A stretch of DNA of 63,584 nt, filler included, from Candidatus Babelota bacterium (lineage in GTDB: Bacteria > JAGOBX01), in the NCBI GenBank assembly GCA_017999075.1. It is 11 parts of 11 records of this genome, joined end to end, with 100 filler letters (N's around TTAATTAATTAA, not from the genome) between each part and the next. Parts side by side here need not be neighbours in the genome. Positions count along the whole stretch, not along the records: positions 40,807 to 46,463 come from JAGOBX010000266.1; positions 46,564 to 52,201 come from JAGOBX010000267.1; positions 52,302 to 57,893 come from JAGOBX010000268.1; 8 more parts are not named here. One strand, 5' to 3'. Numbering within the stretch: position 1 is the stretch's first letter; the number at the start of each line of letters is the position of its first letter. Shown here piece by piece: positions 42,241-52,757 of this stretch. A program made the translations under genes and the position numbers. The notes below the pieces were generated by a model. It was not told the origin of the DNA. It saw only the letters and a list, made by a program, of their open reading frames with translations, and made no database searches.

Positions 42241-45200
42241 ATGAAAAAAGAAAGTTATATTAACGAAAAAAAAATTTATCCGTTGACATCAACGCAGATG
42301 GATATTTGGAATGATCAGAAATTATTTCCTGATCTGCCTAATTATATAATAGGAGGATATGGAATAGTAAATGGCAATTTCAATATTGATATATTTTCTA
42401 AAGCATTGAAAATTACAACCGATGAAAATGAAAGCCTGCGTTTGAAATTTACGGAAATAGAGAATATACCTTACCAATATGTCGAGGTAAATTGCGAACC
42501 TGATTTGAAAATTCTTGATTATACAAATTTTACGGAACCGGAAAAGCAAGCCATAGATTTTATAGAAAAAGAATTCTATGTTATTTTTGATTTGGTGAAT
42601 AATCTGCTTTTTAAGACATATATTATAAAACTGTCTGAAAATCGGAATATTATGTTTTACAAGTTTCATCATCTGATTAATGACGGTTTTGGAATAATGA
42701 AATTTTATTCTAAACTATCAGAAAACTATAATAAAATTTTGAAAAATGAAAAAATTGAAATTTCAAAAAATGAATATGTTTCTTTTATAAAAGAAAATCT
42801 TGAATATTTGCAGTCTGAAAAAATTAAAATTGACGCTGAATACTGGAATGAAAAATTTAAAATTCTTCCTGAACCTCTTTTTAAAGAAACAGCAGCTGAC
42901 AATACCCAGGAAAGCATTATAAAAACAATTAGATTGGAAAGGGAAAAATATGAACAATTAAACATTATTGCCCGGAATTCAAAAACAGGATTTTTTCATT
43001 TGTTTATTGGAATGCTTTGGCTTTATTTGTCACGTATATATCAGGAAGAAGATATTGTATTCAGTTTATCCTTATTGAACAGAGAAAAAAAACAGTATAA
43101 AGAAACGACAGGATTATTTACATCGGTTATTCCATTTAGACTTAAAGCAGACAGCAGTGAAAATTTTTTAACTTTAACGGGAAAAATAAGGGATGAAATT
43201 TTTACTGATTATAAATACCGCAATTATCCCTACAGCAGAATAAATAATATAATCAGTTCAAAAACCGGGAGAATGAACGATATATTTCAAGTTACGTTGT
43301 CATATGAAATCAGTAAAATGGATATTTTATTCGGTGACTGCAAAATTATTTATTTTCCTATGGCTAATAAATATGAAATGTTTGGATTGAATATTTATGT
43401 ACGCGAATATCAGAAGGAGGATAAGTTAAATAACGATATTATTATAGATATTGGCGGGAAAAAAAGTTTTTTTTCTGAATATGAATTGGAGAGAATTGCC
43501 GGAGATTTGAATAACTTAATAAATGAAATAATAAGTAATCCGGATAGAAAAATTAATGAATTCGAATTAATAAGCGCAACAGAAAAAGAAAAGATATTAT
43601 ATGAATTCAACGCAACTGATGCTGATTATCCGAAGGAAAAAACAATAGCTGAATTATTTGAAGAGCAGGTTGAGAAAACTCCGGATAATATAGCTGTAGT
43701 GTTTGAAAATAAAAAAATAACATACAGTGAATTAAATGAAAAGGCAAATGTTATTGCTCGTTATCTCGTGGGAACTGAAAAACTTAAAACTGAAGATATT
43801 GTAGCTTTGCATCTTGAGAGAAGCGAGTATATGATTATTGCTATACTCGGAATTTTTAAGGCTGGTTGTGCATATTTGCCTATTGATATAGATATGCCGG
43901 AAGAACGAATAAACTATATTTTAAATGACAGTAATGCAGTGTTAACATTTTCTGATACCGGAGAAAGTGAGTATTTGGACATTAGAAAAATCATTGGAAT
44001 CTGCGGAACAGGAAATTTGAATTTGAAAATATTTAATGATAATTTAGCTTATATTATATACACATCAGGTTCGACAGGCCAGCCTAAAGGCGTTATGATA
44101 GAACAGAAAGGTATGATAAATCATCTTTTTGCAAAAATAAATTCTCTGAAATTAACTTCAGACAGTATAGTCGCTGTTAATGCCGCATATCATTTTGATA
44201 TATCAGTTTGGCAGTTTCTGGCAAATCTGCTTGTCGGAGGACGAATAGTAATATATTCAAAAAATGTAATTTTAAATATTGAAAAATTTATAAATAAAAT
44301 AGTTGAAGATAAAATTTCGATTTTGGAGGTTGTTCCTGCATATCTGACTGAAATGCTTGTTTTTTTTAATGAAAAGCAAATTCAATTGAATTCACTTAAA
44401 TATCTTATTGTTACCGGAGAAAGTTTAAAACAGAATTTGGTAAAATTATGGTTTGAAAAATATCCGGAAATATTAATGGTTAATGCTTACGGGCCCACAG
44501 AAGCATCTGATGATATAACTCATTTTTTTATAGATAAATCTTTTAATATGGATCGTATACCTGTGGGAAAACCTGTTTCTAATTTAAAAATTTATATAGT
44601 TGATAAAAATATGAAATTATGTCCGGTTGGCGTTCAAGGTGAAATTGTAGTTTCAGGCGTTGGGGTAGGCCGAGGGTATATAAACAACAAGGAAAAGACT
44701 GAAGAAGTATTTATAAAAGATTGTATTTTGAGTGAAACAGGTAATCGTATGTATAAAACCGGAGATATAGGCAGGTGGCTTCCTGACGGTAATATTGAAT
44801 TTTTAGGGCGTATAGATGAACAAGAGAAAATACGAGGTTTCAGGATAGAACTTGGAGAAATAGAAACTGCGATTTCAAAACATCCTGCAATAAAAGAAAA
44901 TGTTGTTATAGCGAAAAAATTGAAAGGAGAAAACGAAAACAAGGAACTTATAGCGTATTACACTTTGAAAATTAACGGATTGGCTGATAATGAAAACTCC
45001 GATGATTCGGAAAATTTGCGAATTAGCAAATCAGAAAATTTTAAATTAGGAATTAGCGAGATTCGAGAATTTTTAGAAAAATTTCTTCCTGAGTATATGA
45101 TTCCGTCATATTTTGTAGAATTGGAAAGAATGCCGTTAAATCAGAATGGAAAGATAGATAAAAAAAAATTGCCGTTACTGTCAGAGGAAGATCTGGTTGC

Positions 45201-46463
45201 CGGCCGGAAATACAAAGAGCCGGAAACTCAAATTGAAAAAAAACTTGCTGAGATATGGAATGAAGTTTTAATGCTTACAAAAGTAAGCGTTTTAGATAAT
45301 TTTTTTGAACTGGGCGGACAAAGTATAAAAGCAATTCAGGTTGTATCGCGTATACAAAAAAGTATAAATGCTGGAATCGGGATTAAAGAAATATTTCAAT
45401 ATCCGACAATTAAAGAACTGGCAAATTGTATATCAAACAGTAAAAAAATTGAATTGTTTGATATAAAAAAAGTAGAAGAAAACGAATATTATGAATTGTC
45501 AAACGCTCAGCGCAGATTATGGGTATTGTCGCAGTTTGAAGAACAAAAGAACGCATATAATATGCCGGCAGTTCTTGAAATTGAAGGGAATTTAAATATT
45601 GAATGCTTCAGAAATTCTATTTTTGAAGTAATAGACAGGCACGAAATATTGCGTACAATATTTGTTATGATTAATGGAGAACCGAAACAAAAAATAATTG
45701 AAACCGACAAATTGAAAATTGAAAATTATTTTGAATATGAGGATATTTCAAAAACAGATAATTCGGAATCTATAATTCTCAATTGTCAATCTTCAATTCT
45801 TAATTATCAATTTGATTTAACAAAAGTCCCGATGATGAAAATAAAAATAATAAAAATTTGTGATTATAAATTTTTATTGTTTTTCAACATGCATCACATA
45901 ATATCAGACGGATGGTCAATGAATATTTTGATAAAAGATATTATGGAGATTTATAATTCTAAAATTGAAAAAAGAGAATCTGGTTTAACAAAATTAAATA
46001 TTCAGTATAAGGATTATGCTTATTGGCAGAATAAATTGTTGAAATCGGAAAAAATAAATTATGCTCGCGAGTACTGGTTGAAAAAATTATCAGGAGAAAT
46101 ACCTGCATTGGAATTGCCGTCGGATAAACCTCGGCCTGTTGTTCAAACATTCAATGGCGATATGATTGACGGATTTATAGAAAAAGAAATTACCGGAAAA
46201 ATAAACGAATTATGCAAGAAACAGAATGTAAGTTTATTTATGTTTTTAACAGCAGCGGTAAAAGTATTGCTGCATTTTTATACAGGCGCTGAAGACATAA
46301 TAATAGGTTCGCCGATTGCGGGGAGAATACATTCGGATTTAGAAAATCAAATCGGATTTTATGTTAATTCATTAGCGCTGCGAGATAATATAAAAAGCGA
46401 AATGACATTTGCAGAATTTTTGGATGCTGTCCGCAATACAGCTCTTGAAGCGTACCAAAATGA
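42241..46463 (+). CDS. Non-ribosomal peptide synthetase, C-A-PCP-C, 3'-truncated
   Basis: HHLINDG C domain; A domain YTSGSTGQPKG, YGPTE, YKTGD, KIRGFRIELGEIE, NGKIDK; PCP LGGQS; second C domain HHIISDGWS. Confidence 0.95.
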
Positions 46464-46563
46464 NNNNNNNNNNNNNNNNNNNNNNNNNNNNNNNNNNNNN
46501 NNNNNNNTTAATTAATTAANNNNNNNNNNNNNNNNNNNNNNNNNNNNNNNNNNNNNNNNNNNN
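46464..46563. other. Artificial contig spacer
   Basis: N44-TTAATTAATTAA-N44. Confidence 0.99.
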
Positions 46564-46706
46564 ACGAGACAGCCTTGAAGGCTGTGCAGAAATTCAGCTG
46601 TTTCTGATGCGTAACTGTTTTTATAAAAGAATAAAACCGTTAATATAAAAATATAAATTATACGGAAAAACGATTTTATATGAATGTTTTTTTTAAAATT
46701 ATTCAT
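46564..46706 (-). CDS. Partial exported protein (possibly a PorV/PorQ-like N-terminus)
   Basis: Signal peptide ending SYA, then SETAEFL; 8 bp downstream of the subtilisin; truncated. Confidence 0.3.
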
Positions 46707-46714
46707 AAATTATA

Positions 46715-48373
46715 TCACCAGTTTATAACTGTTAATTTTTCAGTCCATTTGCCGTAATCTGTTTTTGCGTAAAACATATACGTTCCGGGAGATACGGAAG
46801 AAGTATAAATAGAATCTCCGTACCACCTTGCGTCAAGAGAACCATCTCCATCAAAATCATTTATTTCCTGTGTTCCTGATAAAGTTTTAATCAATTGTCC
46901 AGATAAATTATATATTTTAATTTCGAGTGTTTTTGTTGAAGCTGCCGGTCTGAAAACAACATAATCCCATTGATTGATTTTTTTAAAAGGATTCGGAAAA
47001 TTAATTACAGCTCGTTTATCTTTATCTATTACAGGCCGGTTTAACTGAACCATTTTTAAAGCATTATAAGCGTTTAACCTTCCTTTGTTGGAACTTGCAG
47101 GATCATTCAAAACAGGATAATCAGCGCTTCTTATCAGAATATCTTTTATTTCCCATGGTTTAAGATTAGGATTATATGAAAATAATAAAGCAGCAACACC
47201 GCTGACAAAAGGAGCTGAAGCTGATGTTCCGTTCCAGTATTCTATTGAGCCGTTGGTTTTAGGAAAATATATGTTGGTTCCAGGAGCAAATATATTGACG
47301 TTATTCCAGCCGTAATTTGAAAAATCTGCCCGATTATCTGAAATATCTGATGCGCCTACAGAAATAACATTACTGAAATCCGATGGGTATATGTTTGAAT
47401 AATCATTATTACTGTTGTTGTTTCCTGCAGCTGCTATCAGAACAATATTTTGGGCATACGCATAATTGACAGCCTGTTCTTCAAGGGAATCTTTGTCGCT
47501 GCTTCCAAGACTCATATTTATAACTTTAGCTCCGATTTTTACTGCATAATAAATGCCTTCAACCAAAGTTGATGTTGTTCCTATAATTTGTCTGCCGTCG
47601 TCATCTGCACCAAGGCAGCGAACAGGCAATATTTTTCCGCCCCATATTACTCCTGCTCCGAAGGTGTCGTTATCAGTTTCAGCGCCAATAATCAATGAAC
47701 ACCATGTCCCGTGTCCATCAATATCAAACATATCCGGGAAGTTAGTATCAGACTGCCATTGACCATTTGTTTGAAATGCCCCTACAAAATTAAATCCATT
47801 ATAATCGTCGATATATCCGTTGTTGTCATCGTCGATTCCATTACCCGGTATTTCATAAGTATTTAAAAATGTTTTGTTTTTTAAATCAGGATGATTTGTA
47901 TCTATACCTGTATCAAGAACAGCAATGATAATATTGGAATATAATCCTGAATCTATTTCCCACGCATTATTTGCTTTGATTTTTCCCAACCCCCATTGTT
48001 TACCGTTTGCGGCAATATCGTAATCATCATCATTCGGATTTGGAATAACACATGATTTATAAACATAGTTTGGCTGAGATATAATTATTGTTGTGTCGGA
48101 CTTGAATATATTATAAAATTTATCAAATGAAGAAGAAGAGTCAAATTCAAATAATACGGTGTTGTTTGATAAAACTGATGTATTGATTATTCCGCCATAA
48201 GTCTTATATGCTTGTATTTTAGAGTCAATAATTTCAGAAACAACAAATTTTGCCAATAATTGATTTTCAGCTATTTCACCTAAACTCGAGTGTTTTATAG
48301 AACGAAATTTCGCAGCATATACCAATTGTCCGGTTATGAGAAAAAACAAAATAAATGCAGTAAATTTTTTCAT
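46715..48373 (-). CDS. Secreted S8 subtilisin-like protease with T9SS type A / FlgD-Ig-like C-terminal domain
   Basis: Triad VLDTG, GHGT, GTS.SAP.VSG; AAAGN; GNGIDDDNNGYIDD Ca loop; CTD NFPNPF..IKIYNLSGQLIKTL..W.G..PGTY..KLTVI. Confidence 0.92.
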   Translation of the reverse strand: MKKFTAFILFFLITGQLVYAAKFRSIKHSSLGEIAENQLLAKFVVSEIIDSKIQAYKTYGGIINTSVLSNNTVLFEFDSSSSFDKFYNIFKSDTTIIISQPNYVYKSCVIPNPNDDDYDIAANGKQWGLGKIKANNAWEIDSGLYSNIIIAVLDTGIDTNHPDLKNKTFLNTYEIPGNGIDDDNNGYIDDYNGFNFVGAFQTNGQWQSDTNFPDMFDIDGHGTWCSLIIGAETDNDTFGAGVIWGGKILPVRCLGADDDGRQIIGTTSTLVEGIYYAVKIGAKVINMSLGSSDKDSLEEQAVNYAYAQNIVLIAAAGNNNSNNDYSNIYPSDFSNVISVGASDISDNRADFSNYGWNNVNIFAPGTNIYFPKTNGSIEYWNGTSASAPFVSGVAALLFSYNPNLKPWEIKDILIRSADYPVLNDPASSNKGRLNAYNALKMVQLNRPVIDKDKRAVINFPNPFKKINQWDYVVFRPAASTKTLEIKIYNLSGQLIKTLSGTQEINDFDGDGSLDARWYGDSIYTSSVSPGTYMFYAKTDYGKWTEKLTVINW

Positions 48374-48471
48374 AAAATTATTTTTTAATAAAATTTAAAG
48401 TTATACTTATTTGACAATTTTAAATTAAAAAATGTCAATAAGCTAAAACAGTTAAATTGAAAAATATGCAG

Positions 48472-50586
48472 TTAAAAAGTTACAGTTCCTTCAAAAACAA
48501 TAAAATTTGTTTTTTCATAATATGATTCTGAACTTAAAACAGCGTCAATATCATAAAATGTGCTGTTTTTACTTTTTAGATATTCTTTGTATTTTTCGTT
48601 TAAACTGTTTGCAAAATAAATATCTTTGTCTTCGTCTTCTGAAAATAATCCTAAACCGTAAGAAAATTTAATATAAACATTGTCGGCAAAATTATATTTT
48701 ATTCCAATGTTTTTATTTGTAAAATCATCATTGCGGCTTGATCCGGTTGATAAAATATTTTCAATATCATATTTTTTATATCTGAGTCCTGTAAACGCAG
48801 ATAATTTTTTTGTGATTTTATAAGAAAATTGAGTTTTAAGTTCGTGCGTTGTAATATCGCCTGAAATAATGTTAGACGCTTTATAATCATTAAAATAATC
48901 ATTGAATTTTATAGTGAATTTATCAGAAGGAATAAAATTCAGATTTAAATGAAATCTTTGAATTTTAGATATGCCTTCCAGTTCATAATTTTTAAAGTTA
49001 TAATCGTCAAACATTGCATAATAACTAACCAAATTTTCATTATCCGGTTTTTGATATGAATAATCAAATCCGAGTTCGATTTTTTTATCAGGCATATATT
49101 TTAATTTATAATTTATTTCAAACCATTTTTTTGAAATATCAGTTGTATTTGAATAAATGCCGGTTACATTTCCTGGATTGAGAAGGGAAAATGAATTTGA
49201 AATATAAATATCTTTTGCTGAAATATCGCGGGATACAAGTTCAATTCCTGTTTTAAAAGCGGAAGAATTTTTTAAAATTATACCTAAAATTATTTTGTCT
49301 TCATCATAATATTCGCCGAGCAAACGCCGTAATCCGAGAGGAGTTGAAGCATTTCCGCCAATTGCATCATCATATCCGTCATTATAAACTATTGCGGCGC
49401 ATCTGCTTTGAGTTATCAGATATTGAAAATATAATTTGATGGAATCTGCTAAAGACAAATTACAATCAAGACCGAAATACTGTTTATAGTTTTTTCTGCC
49501 GGAATCAATTATTTGAAGAATATCATAATGATACCAGTCATCATTATAATTTCTGGGATGTTTTATCCAGCCGTCTGTGTCGTTTGAAATTATTTCCATA
49601 TTTGCTCCGTTGGGACTTCCGTAAATTCCGTCATCGTCCTGACTTCTTAATAAAGTTAATCCGAAATTGAATTTATCAAATTTAGAATTAATCCTGGAAC
49701 CGATTAAATCTTCATTTGAAGTTTGTTTGTCGCTATAAAAAAACATAGCATCGAATTTTTCGAATTCTTTGGCGAAATGTATTATACTGTAATCTCTGCC
49801 GAATTTGTGATATTTTGTTCGTTCATCATCAAAAAAATAAATTCCATTTTGAAAATTTTGAGAATAATTATCAAGAAGTTTTGATGGTTCTGCAAAATCA
49901 AGTATTCGTTCTCCCCGTCCTCCGAAAATATAAATATGTTCATTTTTAAATGTGATATGGCCTTCATCAACTTTTGATGAATTTTCCACCCATCCCTGAT
50001 TATAACCTGCCTGACGTTTTATATTGTTTGTTCTTAAAACATTTAATTGAAATACAGCTTGAACTTCCGAAGAAATGTTTAATAATACATTTAAATCAAT
50101 GTTATGAACAGGTTTCTCGTTTCTCCATCTGCTTTCTTTTTTGAACAGCTGTAAAAATTTATAGTCTCCGAAAATGAAAATTTTGTTTCCGAGATTAGTG
50201 TTTCCTCCGGGAAATTTGAATGCTTTTGCTACAGGAAGCTTCAATAAATTTTTTCCATCTTTTGAAATTACTGAAAAAGTCAGATTGCCTCCATCATCAG
50301 CCCCTATCCAGTTATCATCATCGAGAACAAATTTATATTCATAAGTTCCTTCGTTCAATTTTTGTCTTAATTCCCAAACTCCATCGGTATTTTTATTTAA
50401 AAAATTTACAGATTTATTCCAACCGTTGAAATTGCCTGCAATGCTTATTTTAGAAGCTTCATCTGATTTGAATTTAAAAACAACCATTTCATTATCCATA
50501 GACAATTCAACAGGCTCAGCATATAATATATTGGTTATTGCTAATAAAATTATTAAAACCAGAATATATTTTATTTTAAACATCAT
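48472..50586 (-). CDS. CBM48 (glycogen-binding) domain fused to a putative outer-membrane beta-barrel
   Basis: Signal peptide; IAGNFNGW, GVWEL..L.EGTYEYKFVLD..W; alternating aromatic beta strands; terminal FEGTVTF. Confidence 0.7.
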   Translation of the reverse strand: MMFKIKYILVLIILLAITNILYAEPVELSMDNEMVVFKFKSDEASKISIAGNFNGWNKSVNFLNKNTDGVWELRQKLNEGTYEYKFVLDDDNWIGADDGGNLTFSVISKDGKNLLKLPVAKAFKFPGGNTNLGNKIFIFGDYKFLQLFKKESRWRNEKPVHNIDLNVLLNISSEVQAVFQLNVLRTNNIKRQAGYNQGWVENSSKVDEGHITFKNEHIYIFGGRGERILDFAEPSKLLDNYSQNFQNGIYFFDDERTKYHKFGRDYSIIHFAKEFEKFDAMFFYSDKQTSNEDLIGSRINSKFDKFNFGLTLLRSQDDDGIYGSPNGANMEIISNDTDGWIKHPRNYNDDWYHYDILQIIDSGRKNYKQYFGLDCNLSLADSIKLYFQYLITQSRCAAIVYNDGYDDAIGGNASTPLGLRRLLGEYYDEDKIILGIILKNSSAFKTGIELVSRDISAKDIYISNSFSLLNPGNVTGIYSNTTDISKKWFEINYKLKYMPDKKIELGFDYSYQKPDNENLVSYYAMFDDYNFKNYELEGISKIQRFHLNLNFIPSDKFTIKFNDYFNDYKASNIISGDITTHELKTQFSYKITKKLSAFTGLRYKKYDIENILSTGSSRNDDFTNKNIGIKYNFADNVYIKFSYGLGLFSEDEDKDIYFANSLNEKYKEYLKSKNSTFYDIDAVLSSESYYEKTNFIVFEGTVTF

Positions 50587-50696
50587 ATTCCTCCAGACAT
50601 AATTTTGAGTGACTGCATTGTATTTTATATTATAAAATTCTCTATCATATTTTTTTATTATGAATTAACCTTACGAACCCGGATTTGAATTTTTAA

Positions 50697-52049
50697 TTAA
50701 AACCAGACTCCGAGTTTAAAAAAAACTTTATCTGAACTCGGATAATCTCCGTGCCATCCGGAATCGTATTCAACCAGCATTTCGGCATTATCGTGAATTT
50801 TATATTTTAACTGGGCAAAAATGTTTTCGCTTCTCCGTTTGATATAAGGCTGATAATTTATTGTGAACCTGTTAAAAGAAGTTAGTTTTTTTGTTAAGTT
50901 TATACTGTTTTCTAAAGACATTTCATTTTTTTTATATTGAGTTCCTATATCCTGAATTTTGTAATAAAATTTATACCACATATTTTCAAGGTCTCGTTCG
51001 AGCTGAATATAATAAGTCGGATAATGCACATTATTATTTAAAGCATCAATATAATAATTGTATGATGTTTTAAATTTATAACCGTGAATAAAATCAATGT
51101 AAATTTCAGAATAAGTTTCTGAGCTTTTTTTTGTATTTCCTGCATCTTCTTTATATGTGTTTTTTAAAACAAAAGTTACCGCTTTTTGGGGGAGATTATA
51201 ATATATTTCATTATAATAAGCCTGTTCGTCTCCAGTCTGTTCATATCCGCTGTTAGCAAGATAATTTCTGTAATTTTTACCGAAATTCCAGTACATTGAT
51301 TTATAACCGAGTTCGCCTAAATTATTTGATTTGAAACGGATCCATTGGAGTTCAGATTTGAAAGCAAGAGAATCGTCAGACTGACGTTGACCTGGGTCGC
51401 CGCTTTTTAAAAATTCATTTGAAAAAAATACATCTCCTATTTTCCATTGAGTAAAGATTCCGGTAAACCAGTTGTAATCGTTTGGATTATCCCCCCATCT
51501 TTTTTGTCCATAACTGAAATTATATTTTAATTTATATTTTTTAATTTCGTGACGTATAGTATAGAAATTGAAATCATCAGAGCCATTATCTTTCTGGTCA
51601 CCCAAAAAAATTGTTCCTGAAAAATTATTCGGCAGCCACCAGTCTGTTCTTAATCCCTGAATATCGTATCCGTTAGATACTATATTTATTATATGATCAG
51701 GCTGCCACAATCTGTCTTGATTATAATAATAAATGAGTTCCATTCCTCTGGCATCATTCTTGCCTGTTAACCGGTATTTAATGTTAGCTTCATTAAGGGA
51801 CATGTTAGCTGCAGGATTACTTCCGCCAGCGCCCAACTTGATAAATGTTTCAACATTTTTTACATTATCAGACCAGAATTTGAGTTCAAGATAATGATCC
51901 GGATCATTTACATCCCATCTATGACCAGAATTTTTATAAGTATTGTTTTGAAATTGATAATATAAATTTAAGTTGGTGGCAGGATATATATTATAATTTA
52001 ACGATAAAAATATTATCAGTCCAATAATAAATCGCAATTTATTTTTCAT
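50697..52049 (-). CDS. Putative outer-membrane beta-barrel protein
   Basis: Signal peptide; W/Y/F-rich amphipathic strands; C-terminal beta-signal KVFFKLGVWF. Confidence 0.65.
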   Translation of the reverse strand: MKNKLRFIIGLIIFLSLNYNIYPATNLNLYYQFQNNTYKNSGHRWDVNDPDHYLELKFWSDNVKNVETFIKLGAGGSNPAANMSLNEANIKYRLTGKNDARGMELIYYYNQDRLWQPDHIINIVSNGYDIQGLRTDWWLPNNFSGTIFLGDQKDNGSDDFNFYTIRHEIKKYKLKYNFSYGQKRWGDNPNDYNWFTGIFTQWKIGDVFFSNEFLKSGDPGQRQSDDSLAFKSELQWIRFKSNNLGELGYKSMYWNFGKNYRNYLANSGYEQTGDEQAYYNEIYYNLPQKAVTFVLKNTYKEDAGNTKKSSETYSEIYIDFIHGYKFKTSYNYYIDALNNNVHYPTYYIQLERDLENMWYKFYYKIQDIGTQYKKNEMSLENSINLTKKLTSFNRFTINYQPYIKRRSENIFAQLKYKIHDNAEMLVEYDSGWHGDYPSSDKVFFKLGVWF

Positions 52050-52201
52050 ATATTAAAATATAAAATTATAATGTCGAATTTACAAAAATTATATAAGTAA
52101 ATAAATAAATTGCAACTGATTTTTAGGTTTATTTATTGACAAATATAAAACTATGTTATATATAATTTGTAAACAAATATAGCGTGATGCTGTACAAATA
52201 A

Positions 52202-52301
52202 NNNNNNNNNNNNNNNNNNNNNNNNNNNNNNNNNNNNNNNNNNNNTTAATTAATTAANNNNNNNNNNNNNNNNNNNNNNNNNNNNNNNNNNNNNNNNNNN
52301 N
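52202..52301. other. Artificial contig spacer
   Basis: N44-TTAATTAATTAA-N44. Confidence 0.99.
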
Positions 52302-52304
52302 AAT

Positions 52305-52348
52305 AAAAAATATGAACCTGAATTTATTGAATCAGGTTCATATTTTTT
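52305..52348. terminator. Intrinsic terminator downstream of spoVG, probably bidirectional
   Basis: Perfect 17-bp inverted repeat AAAAAATATGAACCTGA / TCAGGTTCATATTTTTT with a 10-nt loop. Confidence 0.8.
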
Positions 52349-52372
52349 GAGGCCATCTTATTTTTAAATTTT

Positions 52373-52738
52373 TTAAAATGGAATTTCTTCGTCTGATTTG
52401 GAATCAGAATCAGAATTTTCAGGTTTTTCTTTTTTAGGTTTAGACGCTGCTTGACCTTCGGAAGCAGATTTTAAAGGTGTTTTTTCAAATTTTTCAAGTA
52501 TTAATTCGAAAAGTTTTGCTCTTCCGTCAGCTGTTATTGGATGAAAAATATCTTCCCACTGACCACCTTTAGTTGACCGGGACGGCATTGAAACCCATAA
52601 TCCTTTTTGCCCGTCCATTACTTTAAAACCTTTACATACGAAATGTCCGGCAATAACAATGTCTGCAAATGCTTTTACATTGTTCATATTTTCAACACGA
52701 TTAATTCTGACATCCGTAAACACTTCATTTAAATCCAT
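52373..52738 (-). CDS. spoVG: SpoVG-family nucleic-acid-binding protein with acidic C-terminal tail
   Basis: TDVRI, KAFA.I, KV.DG.KGL.VSMPSR, DIFHPI; start at ATG 52738 after a GAGGAG RBS; ends DEEIPF. Confidence 0.9.
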   Translation of the reverse strand: MDLNEVFTDVRINRVENMNNVKAFADIVIAGHFVCKGFKVMDGQKGLWVSMPSRSTKGGQWEDIFHPITADGRAKLFELILEKFEKTPLKSASEGQAASKPKKEKPENSDSDSKSDEEIPF

Positions 52739-52757
52739 AGTTTTTCTCCTCTTTAAC

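Noticed and set aside
48411-48438. TTGACA...TGTCAA inverted repeat as an operator
   Set aside because: AT-rich context, and equally explained by -35-like hexamers or a weak hairpin.
42241-52049. Subtilisin and beta-barrels as part of the NRPS cluster
   Set aside because: Separated from the NRPS by a spacer at 46464-46563, so adjacency is meaningless.
52136-52201. TTGACA...TATAAT followed by a slightly GC-richer stretch at the contig end (possible ncRNA start)
   Set aside because: Spacer is 19 nt and too little downstream sequence remains to call.
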